64,000 nucleotides of DNA from a virus (lineage: Duplodnaviria > Caudoviricetes), in IMG/VR virus record IMGVR_UViG_3300007067_000087, positions 13,038 through 77,037 of that record, one strand, 5' to 3'. The translations under genes were made by a program, and so were the position numbers. Below the pieces are notes generated by a model. It was given only the letters and a program-made list of their open reading frames with translations, was not told the DNA's origin and did not search any database. Each line of letters begins with the position of its first letter. The stretch's first letter is position 1. Positions 9,094 through 18,228 of this stretch are shown one piece after another.

Positions 9094-9753
9094 ATGACCA
9101 TTCAGTCTAACATTGTAAGCGACAATTTGGCGGCAATCATGCCAACCGTTTCTACTTGTTCTATTGTTCCCATCAAGAAATTCGATGAAGAATTACAGTT
9201 GATTTATGGTGAGGTTTACGCCCCCGGTATTCCCGATAGTCAGGGAGATTTCATGTCTGCCAAGACTATCAGGGAAATGGCTCATGAATTTTTAGCGCAA
9301 GGTCAAGTCAACAATATTGATATTGAGCATAACCGCGAATTGAGTGGTTGCGCTGTTGTTGAGAGTTTTATCGCCCGTGAAGATGATACAATCTTCATCC
9401 CCGGCAGTTGGGTGCTGGGGGTAAAAATCAACGATGCGGCTGTCTGGAATCAGATCAAAAAGGGTGAGTTGAACGGCTTTTCGATTGATGGTGAAGCGGT
9501 ACGTATTCCCTCCAGAGTCACACTTGATATTCCCCATGAAGTACGCGGCCTCACCTCCGAGGTCAACGGTCACACGCACGAGTTTGTCATGTATTATGAT
9601 GATGAGGGGAATTTCTTGGGTGGTGAGACCGACAAAGCCACAGACGACCACTTCCACACCATCTCACGCGGCACGATTACTGATGAAGCTTTAAATCACA
9701 CACACCGTTTTTCTTTTATTGAGAGTATCCTCCATGCCCAAAACCATCATTGA
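9094..9753 (+). CDS. XkdF-like prohead serine protease
   Basis: GEVYAPGIPDSQGD, IDIEH, VVESFIA, GSWVLG, LNGFSIDG; His-rich C-terminus. Confidence 0.85.
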   Translation: MTIQSNIVSDNLAAIMPTVSTCSIVPIKKFDEELQLIYGEVYAPGIPDSQGDFMSAKTIREMAHEFLAQGQVNNIDIEHNRELSGCAVVESFIAREDDTIFIPGSWVLGVKINDAAVWNQIKKGELNGFSIDGEAVRIPSRVTLDIPHEVRGLTSEVNGHTHEFVMYYDDEGNFLGGETDKATDDHFHTISRGTITDEALNHTHRFSFIESILHAQNHH

Positions 9754-10843
9754 GGCTAATGAAATTGTTAAACCGAAACTCAACTTTGTTTCCCTCGTTC
9801 ATCGCGGGGCAAATCAAATTCCTATCCGCATCATGAAAAAAGAGGATGAACCAATGATTGATGTTCACGCACGTTTCCGCGCCATGTTCAAGAAGGCAGA
9901 GAAAGCACCGGAGGTTATCGGCATTGTCGTCAAAAGCGACACGCCGGAACACAAAGTTAACGAGGCTTTGAAAGCTGCCAGTATTGAGCCGGATACCGTT
10001 ACCAAGTCTGAAACAGAAGACGGGATTACCACCTTTATCAAGGGTGATCTTCCCACCGATGGTTTGATGATCGTACAATCCCCAAATGATATTGGCATTC
10101 TGGTTGCAAATGTAAAGAAAGGGTTTGATGCTTGGTTGCCAGAAGAGGCGGAATTTGCTGACAAGGCACGGGCAGAGGGTTTTCACCTCAGCCTTTATAA
10201 CTCCGTTGACGTATTGGTTGATTATTTATGTGACAAGCTCCGCAAATCTGAAAGCCCATCTCAAGCTGCCGAATTATTGGGGCAAGCCGTTGATGAGTTC
10301 AAACAGTATATTCAAGGCGCAGCCTCTACCTTGCCGGAAACCGCCTTTTACGTTGACCGTTATGCCGCCTTGGCAAAAAGCGAAACAATTGAACCCTCAT
10401 CCTCACAACCTGCTAATGCCCCGCAGACAGATGAAAGTGTTGCAAAGGCCGATACTACCGAGGAAGAGGCAGATAAAGATGACGAGAAAAAGAAAAAGCT
10501 GGAGGAAGAAGAGCAAGTTGAGAAAGATGATGCAGCCGATGCCAAAGCAGAAAATGATACTGCGCTAAAAGAACTTGCCAAGAATATTGAGAATTTGACA
10601 ACGGCGGTGATGGCAATCGCCACAAAGCTTGATGCCAATCTTGAGAACGTCCAGAAAACGGTAGAGGGTAACGCCGCTGCCGTTGACAGCAAATTGCAGG
10701 AGTTTGATGCGAGGCTGAAAAAAACCAACGAAGCCGTACATGGCACAGTTTTTACCAGCCCCCGCGATGACAGGATTGCGGTGGAAAAGACCGGCAACCC
10801 GCATTTAAGCCTCCTCGACACCGCCTATAGCAATACGGCCTGA
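9734..10843 (+). CDS. Probable capsid scaffolding protein
   Basis: Between protease and capsid; acidic low-complexity linker and coiled-coil-like C-terminus. Confidence 0.6.
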   Translation: MPKTIIEANEIVKPKLNFVSLVHRGANQIPIRIMKKEDEPMIDVHARFRAMFKKAEKAPEVIGIVVKSDTPEHKVNEALKAASIEPDTVTKSETEDGITTFIKGDLPTDGLMIVQSPNDIGILVANVKKGFDAWLPEEAEFADKARAEGFHLSLYNSVDVLVDYLCDKLRKSESPSQAAELLGQAVDEFKQYIQGAASTLPETAFYVDRYAALAKSETIEPSSSQPANAPQTDESVAKADTTEEEADKDDEKKKKLEEEEQVEKDDAADAKAENDTALKELAKNIENLTTAVMAIATKLDANLENVQKTVEGNAAAVDSKLQEFDARLKKTNEAVHGTVFTSPRDDRIAVEKTGNPHLSLLDTAYSNTA

Positions 10844-10895
10844 TAACTAAAACCATTCCGACCCCACCCCATTTAACCAGACAAGGAATAAAAAC

Positions 10896-11870
10896 ATGAC
10901 CTCCAATTCTTCACTGCTCCGCAAGGCCGATCTTGCTATTGCTGATTTGCAAACCAATGGTGGCGAGCTTTCTCCTGAACAGGGAGCAGCATTCATCCGC
11001 AAGCTCCATGCCCAACCCACCCTGATTAATCGCTGCCGCTTAGTGGAAATGAACAGCCCACAACGTAAAATCAACAAGATTGGTTTTGGTCAGCGCATCT
11101 TGCGTAAAGCGCAATCGGCTACGGCTCTTACCGCTGCGCAACGCTCCAAACCAACTACAGAACAAATTACCCTCATCAGCAAGGAACAGATTGCCGAGGT
11201 ACGGCTTCCTTATGACGTGCTGGAAGATAATATTGAACGCGCCATTTCAGCTACCAACGGTGATGCTAATTCCGGGGCGGGCGGACTGCATTAAACCATT
11301 ATTGAACTGATTGCCGCCCGTGCTGCCTTGGATATTGAGGAACTGGCACTGCTTGCTGATACCACCTATAAAAACACCGCCGATGCTGATGATGAAGCTT
11401 ATCTGTCACAAGGTGACGGTTGGCTAAAACTCATCAAAACACATGGCAATGTTTTTGATGCCGGTAATGAGACCATCAAGAAGGAAATCTTCAAAGGTGG
11501 GTTAAAAACTCTACCCAGCCAATATCAACGCAACAAAACAGCACTTAATCACATTGTTAGCGTCAATAATGAGACTGAATATCGGGATACGCTGGCAAAT
11601 CGCACCACCGGCTTGGGTGATGGGATGGTGACTGGTTCCAACGCCGTCTATGCCTATGGCTCTCCCGTCATTGGTGCAGCCTTGATGCCAGAAACAAAAG
11701 GACTGTTCACCGACCCCAAGAACCTGATTTTCGGCATTCAACGCCAAGTCAGCATGGAGTTTGATAAAGACATCACCTCACGGGTCTATATCATTGTCTT
11801 AACTTTACGTTGCGACTTTCAAGTTGAGGAAACAGAAGCCGCTGTTCTCTATGAAAATATCAAACCATAA
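10896..11870 (+). pseudogene. Major capsid protein interrupted by an in-frame stop
   Basis: ORFs 10896-11294 and 11328-11870 share a frame and are separated by a single TAA at 11292-11294 (GGLH*TIIELIAARAALDIEEL). Confidence 0.82.
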
Positions 11871-11872
11871 CG

Positions 11873-11894
11873 CATCTGCAATTAATTGCAGATG
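11873..11894. promoter_or_regulatory. Palindrome copy (22-bp perfect) after capsid gene
   Basis: CATCTGCAATTAATTGCAGATG. Confidence 0.8.
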
Positions 11895-11903
11895 ACCAAT
11901 AAT

Positions 11904-11975
11904 AATGAAGCCAGACTTTCTTCTCTGGCTTCATTCCCCTTCAAGCAGCTTCCAAAAAGTGGAAGCCGGTTTTTG
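11904..11975 (+). terminator. Two hairpins after the capsid gene
   Basis: AATGAAGCCAGA/TCTGGCTTCATT stem 11904-11935; GCTTCCA/TGGAAGC stem 11948-11966 followed by a T run. Confidence 0.55.
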
Positions 11976-12016
11976 GACAAAAATTGCGAAAAATAAAGAA
12001 TCCAAGGAGGCAGATC

Positions 12017-12283
12017 ATGCCAGCAGTCAAACTTATCAATCCCAACCGTGTTAATATTCATGGCATTCTATTTGAACGGGGCATCCCCCGATATGTTACT
12101 AGTGAAGTGGCAGAAGCCCTTGCCAGTGATGAACGATTTGAAATCCGTGATGGAGAAGACGCTAAGAGCGGAGTGAAAATCAAGCGTTCTGCCAAGGTTA
12201 AACCAGCTATTGAAACTGAACTCACCGATGATACACCACCCACAAATGACAATTCACCTACTGGCGATGTTATTGAGGTATAG
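12017..12283 (+). CDS. Small virion-associated hypothetical protein
   Basis: GGAGG RBS; position after capsid. Confidence 0.6.
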   Translation: MPAVKLINPNRVNIHGILFERGIPRYVTSEVAEALASDERFEIRDGEDAKSGVKIKRSAKVKPAIETELTDDTPPTNDNSPTGDVIEV

Positions 12284-12285
12284 AG

Positions 12286-12861
12286 ATGTTTCTGGCTTCC
12301 GTTGAGGGTATCCGTAAAGATTTAGGCTTTGATGCCATGCCCGACATTAACTCCTCAATTTCGATGGCGTTAAATGCTGCTGAACCTTTGCTGGAAGCCA
12401 AACTGAATACCTCTTTTAAACATGGTAGCCAGAAAGACACATTTTTCATTAAACAGCCAGCCATTCGTGACGGGGCGCATAAGGAAACGCAATTCTGGCT
12501 ATCGAAAGGCTTTGTCTCTACCCCCGTCAAGTTCAATGGTGCGGATAAAACCGACATCCGTATTAACCTTGAAAAAGGTATCATCAGCGATTGGGTGACG
12601 GATTATTACCATGAGCATATAGAAATCAGCTATATTTATGGCTTTGAGGCCGATAGTTCAAATCCAGAGCAATATGATTTGACCCAAGTCCCCGCATGGT
12701 TGCAGGAAGCCGCTAAACTAATTGCCATGACGCATCTGGCTTCCTCAACCTCAGTGCAGGAAACCGGTACAAATATTGATGTCTCCACCTTGAACGAGCA
12801 ATATAAGACCATTGTCAACGCTCATATCCGCTATGCGCCCTTGGCCTTGATACCTGTTTGA
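12286..12861 (+). CDS. Probable head-tail connector/adaptor
   Basis: Synteny; YIYGF...VPAWLQEAAKLIA resembles adaptor proteins. Confidence 0.55.
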   Translation: MFLASVEGIRKDLGFDAMPDINSSISMALNAAEPLLEAKLNTSFKHGSQKDTFFIKQPAIRDGAHKETQFWLSKGFVSTPVKFNGADKTDIRINLEKGIISDWVTDYYHEHIEISYIYGFEADSSNPEQYDLTQVPAWLQEAAKLIAMTHLASSTSVQETGTNIDVSTLNEQYKTIVNAHIRYAPLALIPV

Positions 12862-12870
12862 GGGGGCAAT

Positions 12871-13512
12871 ATGGCACAAGGCATTTCACTTGAATTTGAA
12901 TTTCGCAATCAGCGTTTCAATGATGCCGAGAGAGGCTTAAAAGCTTTTGTCTCCCAAATTCGCCGTGATTGGGATGGTTCGGCCAAAGTCTTGAGTATTG
13001 AATTGCGTCAATTTCTTGATGATGTTGCTAAAGCCATGGTTGAGCGGCATTCAAACCCTTGGCCGGGCGGCACAACCCCGCAAACATTGTCAAAACGCTC
13101 TGGCAAACTCCTGCAATCCATCGTCAGTTCAGTTAATGTGCGGGGAACGACATTCACCACCATTCAAGGCTTTATCGGTGGTTCGCATATTGCACGGGTA
13201 CAAGAATTTGGCGCGACCATCACCCCGAAACGTGCCAAATTTCTTACCGTCCCACTCCCTGCTGCCCTTAATGAAAATGGCACACCCAAGAAACAAAAAG
13301 CCCGGGACTGGAAAAACACTTTTGTTGCCAAAAGCAAGGCTGGTAATCTGATTATTTTCCAAAAACGGGGGACGAAAATTATCCCGCTTTACTTGTTAAA
13401 AACCTCTGTTACCATCCCGCCAAGGCTTGGTTTAAGGAGAACGCTGGAAGTTGGCATTCCTTATTTTGTTGATCGCGCTATGGATAGCATTGTTCGCGCG
13501 GTAAGAGGGTAG
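12871..13512 (+). CDS. Virion morphogenesis/neck protein
   Basis: RSGKLLQSI and ARVQEFGATI motifs; basic composition. Confidence 0.6.
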   Translation: MAQGISLEFEFRNQRFNDAERGLKAFVSQIRRDWDGSAKVLSIELRQFLDDVAKAMVERHSNPWPGGTTPQTLSKRSGKLLQSIVSSVNVRGTTFTTIQGFIGGSHIARVQEFGATITPKRAKFLTVPLPAALNENGTPKKQKARDWKNTFVAKSKAGNLIIFQKRGTKIIPLYLLKTSVTIPPRLGLRRTLEVGIPYFVDRAMDSIVRAVRG

Positions 13513-13515
13513 ATC

Positions 13516-14013
13516 ATGCCAAGCATCAGAGAGCAGATTTTAGATAAGGTATTGACGGCATTTCAAGCCGTGAAAGAACCAGATACAACCGTTCCTGGTT
13601 ACACACCCTCTCTTGATGACTGGCCGTTGACATTCTCAACCGTGGGGTTCGGACCATTAACCGACACAGATTTTCGCAAACGTTACAGCATCGGCATTGT
13701 CGCGGGAGCAGAGAAAGAAAAAGACGCTTTCCCGCTTATTCAATGCACTTTACAAGTTGGTATTGAATTTCGCATTACCGTTAATCAGAACGACCCCAGC
13801 CCCGCCATGATGGGAGAGCAGGTTCTAACTGTGGTAAAGCGGGTAGTTGATCAGAACAAGACGTGGGGTGGCTTGGCGGTGGACACCAGACGCACCAATA
13901 ACGAGATAGACTTAACCAGCTATGGCGACAAAACAGTGATGGGGGTGCAGTTTATTGAAATCATCTTCCGCCATTCAATCAAAGATGTACGCAACCCTGA
14001 TGCCGAGTTTTAA
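13516..14013 (+). CDS. Probable tail terminator/completion protein
   Basis: MPSIREQIL N-terminus; precedes tail tube. Confidence 0.55.
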   Translation: MPSIREQILDKVLTAFQAVKEPDTTVPGYTPSLDDWPLTFSTVGFGPLTDTDFRKRYSIGIVAGAEKEKDAFPLIQCTLQVGIEFRITVNQNDPSPAMMGEQVLTVVKRVVDQNKTWGGLAVDTRRTNNEIDLTSYGDKTVMGVQFIEIIFRHSIKDVRNPDAEF

Positions 14014-14050
14014 ACTCATTCTTTTCACGTTGGTTGTTTTATGATATTGA

Positions 14051-14066
14051 TTGCAATCAATTGCAA
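14051..14066. promoter_or_regulatory. Palindrome copy upstream of tail tube operon
   Basis: TTGCAATCAATTGCAA. Confidence 0.8.
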
Positions 14067-14090
14067 ATCTATTAAGAGAGGTGAGACACT

Positions 14091-14255
14091 ATGAGCAAAG
14101 TGAAATTCAAAAACAATGAAAAACAGGACGAAAATAACGAAACCCCAGCCATTCCTGACACTGAAACAACTACACCAACCCCTGAACCCACGACTGATTA
14201 CGGTGTCGGTGGCGTTTACCGCTCCATCGGCGGCGGCAAGCGGGTAAAAATTTAA
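14091..14255 (+). CDS. 54-aa hypothetical protein, below the ORF-track cutoff
   Basis: GAGAGG RBS; MSKVKFKN...GVGGVYRSIGGGKRVKI. Confidence 0.6.
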   Translation: MSKVKFKNNEKQDENNETPAIPDTETTTPTPEPTTDYGVGGVYRSIGGGKRVKI

Positions 14256-14282
14256 AGATTACTAAACTTAAGGATTTCTATT

Positions 14283-15527
14283 ATGATTGTCTCCAATCCT
14301 CTTTTAACCCGCCGTGCCGTACTGCAATGTGCTATTGAAAGTGATTATCGTGTTCCTGCCCCAGTTGGGGTTGATGATGCGCTTTATGTCGAAGACTCCG
14401 ATTATTCGGTTGATCCCAATCTACTTGAGCGCAATTTTGCCCGCGATGATTTATCGCCTTTGCCCAATATTGTTGGTCGCCGTCAAGCCAGCATCAAATT
14501 TACCACCGAGTTAAAAGGTAATGGTAAACAACATTCTGGCATTGTTATAGATGCACCGATTATCAGTCGCTTATTCCGTGCTTGTGGGTACTCACTCACC
14601 ACGCTTAGCACCGCAGACGTAAGTCAAGTGTTCCCCGTTGGCTCTCACCCCTCAAATGTGACTTGGGCAGCAAATGTTGGCTCACACCAATCAACCATTG
14701 GTTATTTTATTGAAGTCACCACAGCAGGCGCATCTGGTACAGCACAAGTTACTGTTTCGTCTGACACGGCAGGAGAAAATACGTCAACACCCGTAACGAT
14801 TACCTCTGGCACAGATTTAAACATTGGCACAACCGGCTTGAAATTAGCTCCAACCTTTACCGGTGATCTTGTTTTAGGACAGAAGTGGGTAGTTTGGTGC
14901 TTACCAAAAGGCTTGCGGCTTGATCCTGTTTCAGATGGTTTCGAGTCCCTCACTCTTGTCCTTAATATGGATGGGGTAGAGCATCGCATGTATGGCAGCT
15001 ATGGCACTTTTTCTGTCAATGCTGAGGCCGGAGACTACGCCAAGATTGAGTGGGAGTTTCAAGGTACATATGAAGATCCTACCGACAAGCCTTTACCACA
15101 ATGCAATTATGAAACCACTATTCCGGCACAGGTTGAACATGCACGTTTACGCATTGACAAGAATTATACAATCGTCAATGCGTGGAGCTTTGAGCAGGGA
15201 AATGATATTCAAATTCGCCCTGATGTTTCCTCTGGTGAGGGGTATGTCGGCACCCGCATTGTCTCGCGCGATCCCAAAGGCGGGATTGATCCAGAAGCTG
15301 AACTTGTCGCCAATCATGATTTTTGGGGCAAGTTAGGTCGGGCGGAACGTATGTCATTTCAAATCCGTATCGGCACAGAAAAAGGCAATACTGTATGGTT
15401 TCTGTCTCCCTCCGTTCAATATACCGGTCTTACCTATCAAGACCGTGACGGCATCCGTGCCTATGATGCAGAGTTAAAATATTCCCGTGTCTTCGGCAAT
15501 GATGAAATGTGCATCATTTTCACCTGA
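14283..15527 (+). CDS. Major tail tube protein with inserted beta-rich domain
   Basis: LLTRRAVLQ..IE N-terminus; position before chaperone and tape measure; Thr/Gly-rich insert. Confidence 0.7.
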   Translation: MIVSNPLLTRRAVLQCAIESDYRVPAPVGVDDALYVEDSDYSVDPNLLERNFARDDLSPLPNIVGRRQASIKFTTELKGNGKQHSGIVIDAPIISRLFRACGYSLTTLSTADVSQVFPVGSHPSNVTWAANVGSHQSTIGYFIEVTTAGASGTAQVTVSSDTAGENTSTPVTITSGTDLNIGTTGLKLAPTFTGDLVLGQKWVVWCLPKGLRLDPVSDGFESLTLVLNMDGVEHRMYGSYGTFSVNAEAGDYAKIEWEFQGTYEDPTDKPLPQCNYETTIPAQVEHARLRIDKNYTIVNAWSFEQGNDIQIRPDVSSGEGYVGTRIVSRDPKGGIDPEAELVANHDFWGKLGRAERMSFQIRIGTEKGNTVWFLSPSVQYTGLTYQDRDGIRAYDAELKYSRVFGNDEMCIIFT

Positions 15528-15569
15528 AAACCCTATTGTCTCCCCACGTTAAACTGTCATAATCAATAT

Positions 15570-15600
15570 AAGGGCGGCTTCAAACTCCGCCCTTTTCTTA
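15570..15600 (+). terminator. Rho-independent terminator
   Basis: AAGGGCGG-loop-CCGCCCTT followed by TTCTTA. Confidence 0.65.
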
Positions 15601-15644
15601 TGCAAGTTAATTGCAATTGATTTCTTTAATGGTAGGGGAATAAA

Positions 15645-16160
15645 ATGAGTGAAATAAGGACACCCAAGAAAAAGAAAAACACGGATGTCAAATGGGAAGA
15701 TATGACATTGTTTGAAAAATTCGGTGCCATCGTGTTGACCATTGCTTTTTTTATGTTTGCATTTTTGGCAATTATGGTTATTTGGGCACTCACATTTGGC
15801 AAGTCGTCAAAATCCCCCGAAGTCAAATTTTCACACGGCAATCGGATCATCGAAGATTTTATAGTTTACGAGAAAAATTACGGTAAAGATTGGCCGTTCG
15901 GCTACCATGACTCTGCAAGGGTAATTTGTGAGGTTAGGGATTACGGAAAGGCTAAAAATCTTCCTCTTGCTGTTGTTGATGTGGGTGGGTTTTGGTACGG
16001 GTTAAATTATGCGGCTATAAACGAGGGTGATTATAACAAGGCACAAGTCAGCCCTCCCAGAATTAAATATGGAACGGATGCCCGTATCAGTTATGATGGT
16101 TTGATAGACATGGAGAAGAAAGCTTTAGCTATGTCGGCTTGTGCGGTTTTCAAAAAATAA
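15645..16160 (+). CDS. Membrane-anchored protein, YebY/DUF2511-like
   Basis: One N-terminal TM helix; YGKDWPF..V.CE...YGLN pattern. Confidence 0.45.
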   Translation: MSEIRTPKKKKNTDVKWEDMTLFEKFGAIVLTIAFFMFAFLAIMVIWALTFGKSSKSPEVKFSHGNRIIEDFIVYEKNYGKDWPFGYHDSARVICEVRDYGKAKNLPLAVVDVGGFWYGLNYAAINEGDYNKAQVSPPRIKYGTDARISYDGLIDMEKKALAMSACAVFKK

Positions 16161-16254
16161 ACGTCTCCGACACAATATTTAGAACCAAAGGCGAGCATTA
16201 AACCCGCCTAAAGAATTATCAAAAAACAAAAAATATAGATAAATCAATCGCTTA

Positions 16255-16302
16255 ATACTTGACACATTAGGTAAACATGATAGATTAGGATTATAAGGAA
16301 AA
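16255..16302 (+). repeat. 48-bp direct repeat copy 1 (promoter)
   Basis: 45/48 identical to 20144-20191; TTGACA-N16-TAGATT. Confidence 0.88.
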
Positions 16303-16369
16303 TCAACAAGTTAGCCAAAATAAGAAATTTGATTTATAGCTAAAATTCCAGTATAATATGGGTTGAATC

Positions 16370-16648
16370 ATGATTATCAGTTTCCGCCACAAAGGATTAG
16401 AAGCCTTTTACAAAACCGGTTCAACCAAGGGGATACAGGCTAAGCATGTAACTAGGCTAAGACTTATCCTCGGTCTCCTTGAGATTACTGAGGATTTGGA
16501 AGCTTTGAGAGCACCATCATTCCGGTTGCACGCATTAAAAGGCAATCTTAAGGGTTTTTGGTCTATTTCGGTAAATGGAAACTGGCGAGTAATTTTCCGT
16601 TTTACAGGAAACGATGTAGAATTAATTGATTATCTGGATTATCATTGA
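16370..16648 (+). CDS. higB: HigB (RelE-family) toxin
   Basis: MIISFRHKGLE...LHALKG...WSISVNGNWRVIFRF; own TTGATT-N17-TATAAT promoter 16329-16357. Confidence 0.92.
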   Translation: MIISFRHKGLEAFYKTGSTKGIQAKHVTRLRLILGLLEITEDLEALRAPSFRLHALKGNLKGFWSISVNGNWRVIFRFTGNDVELIDYLDYH

Positions 16649-16660
16649 GAGGAATGTAAA

Positions 16661-16951
16661 ATGATGTACAATCCCCCCCATCCCGGAGAATTGATACGGG
16701 AAGAAGTGATTAATTATCTTGGTATTTCCGTTAAGGAAGCAGCCGAACGTCTTGATGTGTCCCGTGCAACGCTCTCCCGTGTTATCAACTGCAAAGCAAA
16801 GATGAACTCTGATTTGGCTTTAAGGCTGGAACTTGCTGGTATAAGTACAGCCCGCGCTTTGTTGGCAATGCAAGCCAATTATGATTTATTTCAAGCCAAG
16901 AAGCTTCCTAAACCACATGTCCGAGCTTTGGTTGGAGAAGTCGCTGCTTGA
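16661..16951 (+). CDS. higA: HigA antitoxin (HTH)
   Basis: PPHPGELIRE...AAERLDVSRATLSRVIN...ALRL. Confidence 0.92.
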   Translation: MMYNPPHPGELIREEVINYLGISVKEAAERLDVSRATLSRVINCKAKMNSDLALRLELAGISTARALLAMQANYDLFQAKKLPKPHVRALVGEVAA

Positions 16952-16987
16952 CAAATGTCTTTGCTTATTATTGAGTAGAGTACAATT

Positions 16988-17277
16988 ATGACTTTAGTAA
17001 ATTCAACCCACTCCGGGGAAATTATACGAGAAGATGTAATTAATTAGGACTTTCTATCAAAGAAGCTGCGGAACGCCTCGGCGTATCCCGTTCAGTGCTT
17101 TCTCGTGTGATCAATTGTAAAGTGGAAGTTAGTCCTGATCTTGCCCTGCGTCTGGAAATTGCGGGAGTGAGTACGGCTGATGGATGGTTAGGCCTATAGG
17201 TTGATTATGACAAAGCCCAAATCAATAAGGGTAATCTCCCTCCTGTCCATGCTCTAACTGATGTAGTTGCTGCCTAA
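16988..17277 (+). pseudogene. higA: Degenerate second higA copy
   Basis: Codon-level similarity to 16661-16951; frameshift near 17045 and in-frame TAG near 17196. Confidence 0.8.
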
Positions 17278-17382
17278 TTTATTTTTGAGTATGCTTATTC
17301 CATAAAAATATCTTGCCTCCTGAAATTTCTAGATTGACGATCGCTATAACCTATCATATTAATAGGTAATCAGGAAAACGAT

Positions 17383-17688
17383 ATGATTTCTAGTAGCACT
17401 CCGAACAATCTATCTTCACCAGAAGCTTTACGTTTAATCCGAGAGGTAGCACAAGATTCTAACAAGATCATTGTTTCAAGGCATGCGTTTGAGCGTCAAG
17501 GCCAGAGGAGAATAACAATGAGACAGATAGAACAATGCCTCCTAAAAGGAACGATCGTGGAGGGGCCATTTGTAAACTCCAAAGGAAACTGGCAAGTTAG
17601 TATGTATCGACATGGAGCGGGTGAAGAAGTGACCTGCGTAGTGGCTATTGATTGGCCTAACAGGCTAATTGTGGTTACGGCATTTTGA
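17383..17688 (+). CDS. DUF4258-family putative RNase toxin
   Basis: SRHAFERQGQRRITMRQIEQCLLKG...LIVVTAF. Confidence 0.8.
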   Translation: MISSSTPNNLSSPEALRLIREVAQDSNKIIVSRHAFERQGQRRITMRQIEQCLLKGTIVEGPFVNSKGNWQVSMYRHGAGEEVTCVVAIDWPNRLIVVTAF

Positions 17689-17704
17689 ATAGGATAATTA
17701 GAAC

Positions 17705-18169
17705 ATGACATATCATTATGTGGAAAGTGGTTTAGATAATGTATGGCTTGGCAATGGTTATACATTTCATCAAACGCCTTACGGTGAGGGAGTATCTGTT
17801 GATGATATGTCCGGCCTCCATAAAGCGATTAGTCAATGGCTTATCAATACCCCGAAGCGTCTGAATGGGGCAGACTTAAGATTTCTGCGCCTTGAGATGG
17901 ATTTAACTCAAAAAGATTTAGCTGGTATTCTGGGGGCGGATGAGCAAGCTTTACGCCGATGGGAAAAAAATCGGAATAAATCCATCAATGGTTCAGCAGA
18001 TCACTTGCTACGCCTTGTTGCCAAAGAATATATTCACGGAGACGGAGAAGTTCGCCGTATGATTGATAGGCTTGCTTCTTTTAATGCGCTTGAAGATACA
18101 TCTGTTGTATTTCGAGAGACGGGTGGAGGATGGCAACCGGAAAATTATTTCCTGAATAATGAAAATTAA
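17705..18169 (+). CDS. Cognate HTH (MqsA/YgiT-like) antitoxin
   Basis: YHYVESGLDNVWLGNG N-terminus; XRE HTH LRLEMDLTQKDLAGILG. Confidence 0.8.
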   Translation: MTYHYVESGLDNVWLGNGYTFHQTPYGEGVSVDDMSGLHKAISQWLINTPKRLNGADLRFLRLEMDLTQKDLAGILGADEQALRRWEKNRNKSINGSADHLLRLVAKEYIHGDGEVRRMIDRLASFNALEDTSVVFRETGGGWQPENYFLNNEN

Positions 18170-18170
18170 T

Positions 18171-18186
18171 ATGCAATTAATTGCAA
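18171..18186. promoter_or_regulatory. Palindrome copy between convergent accessory genes
   Basis: ATGCAATTAATTGCAA. Confidence 0.75.
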
Positions 18187-18228
18187 ATTAATTTTTTAAA
18201 AGAAAAGAGCGGCATTTTTTCTACCCAC

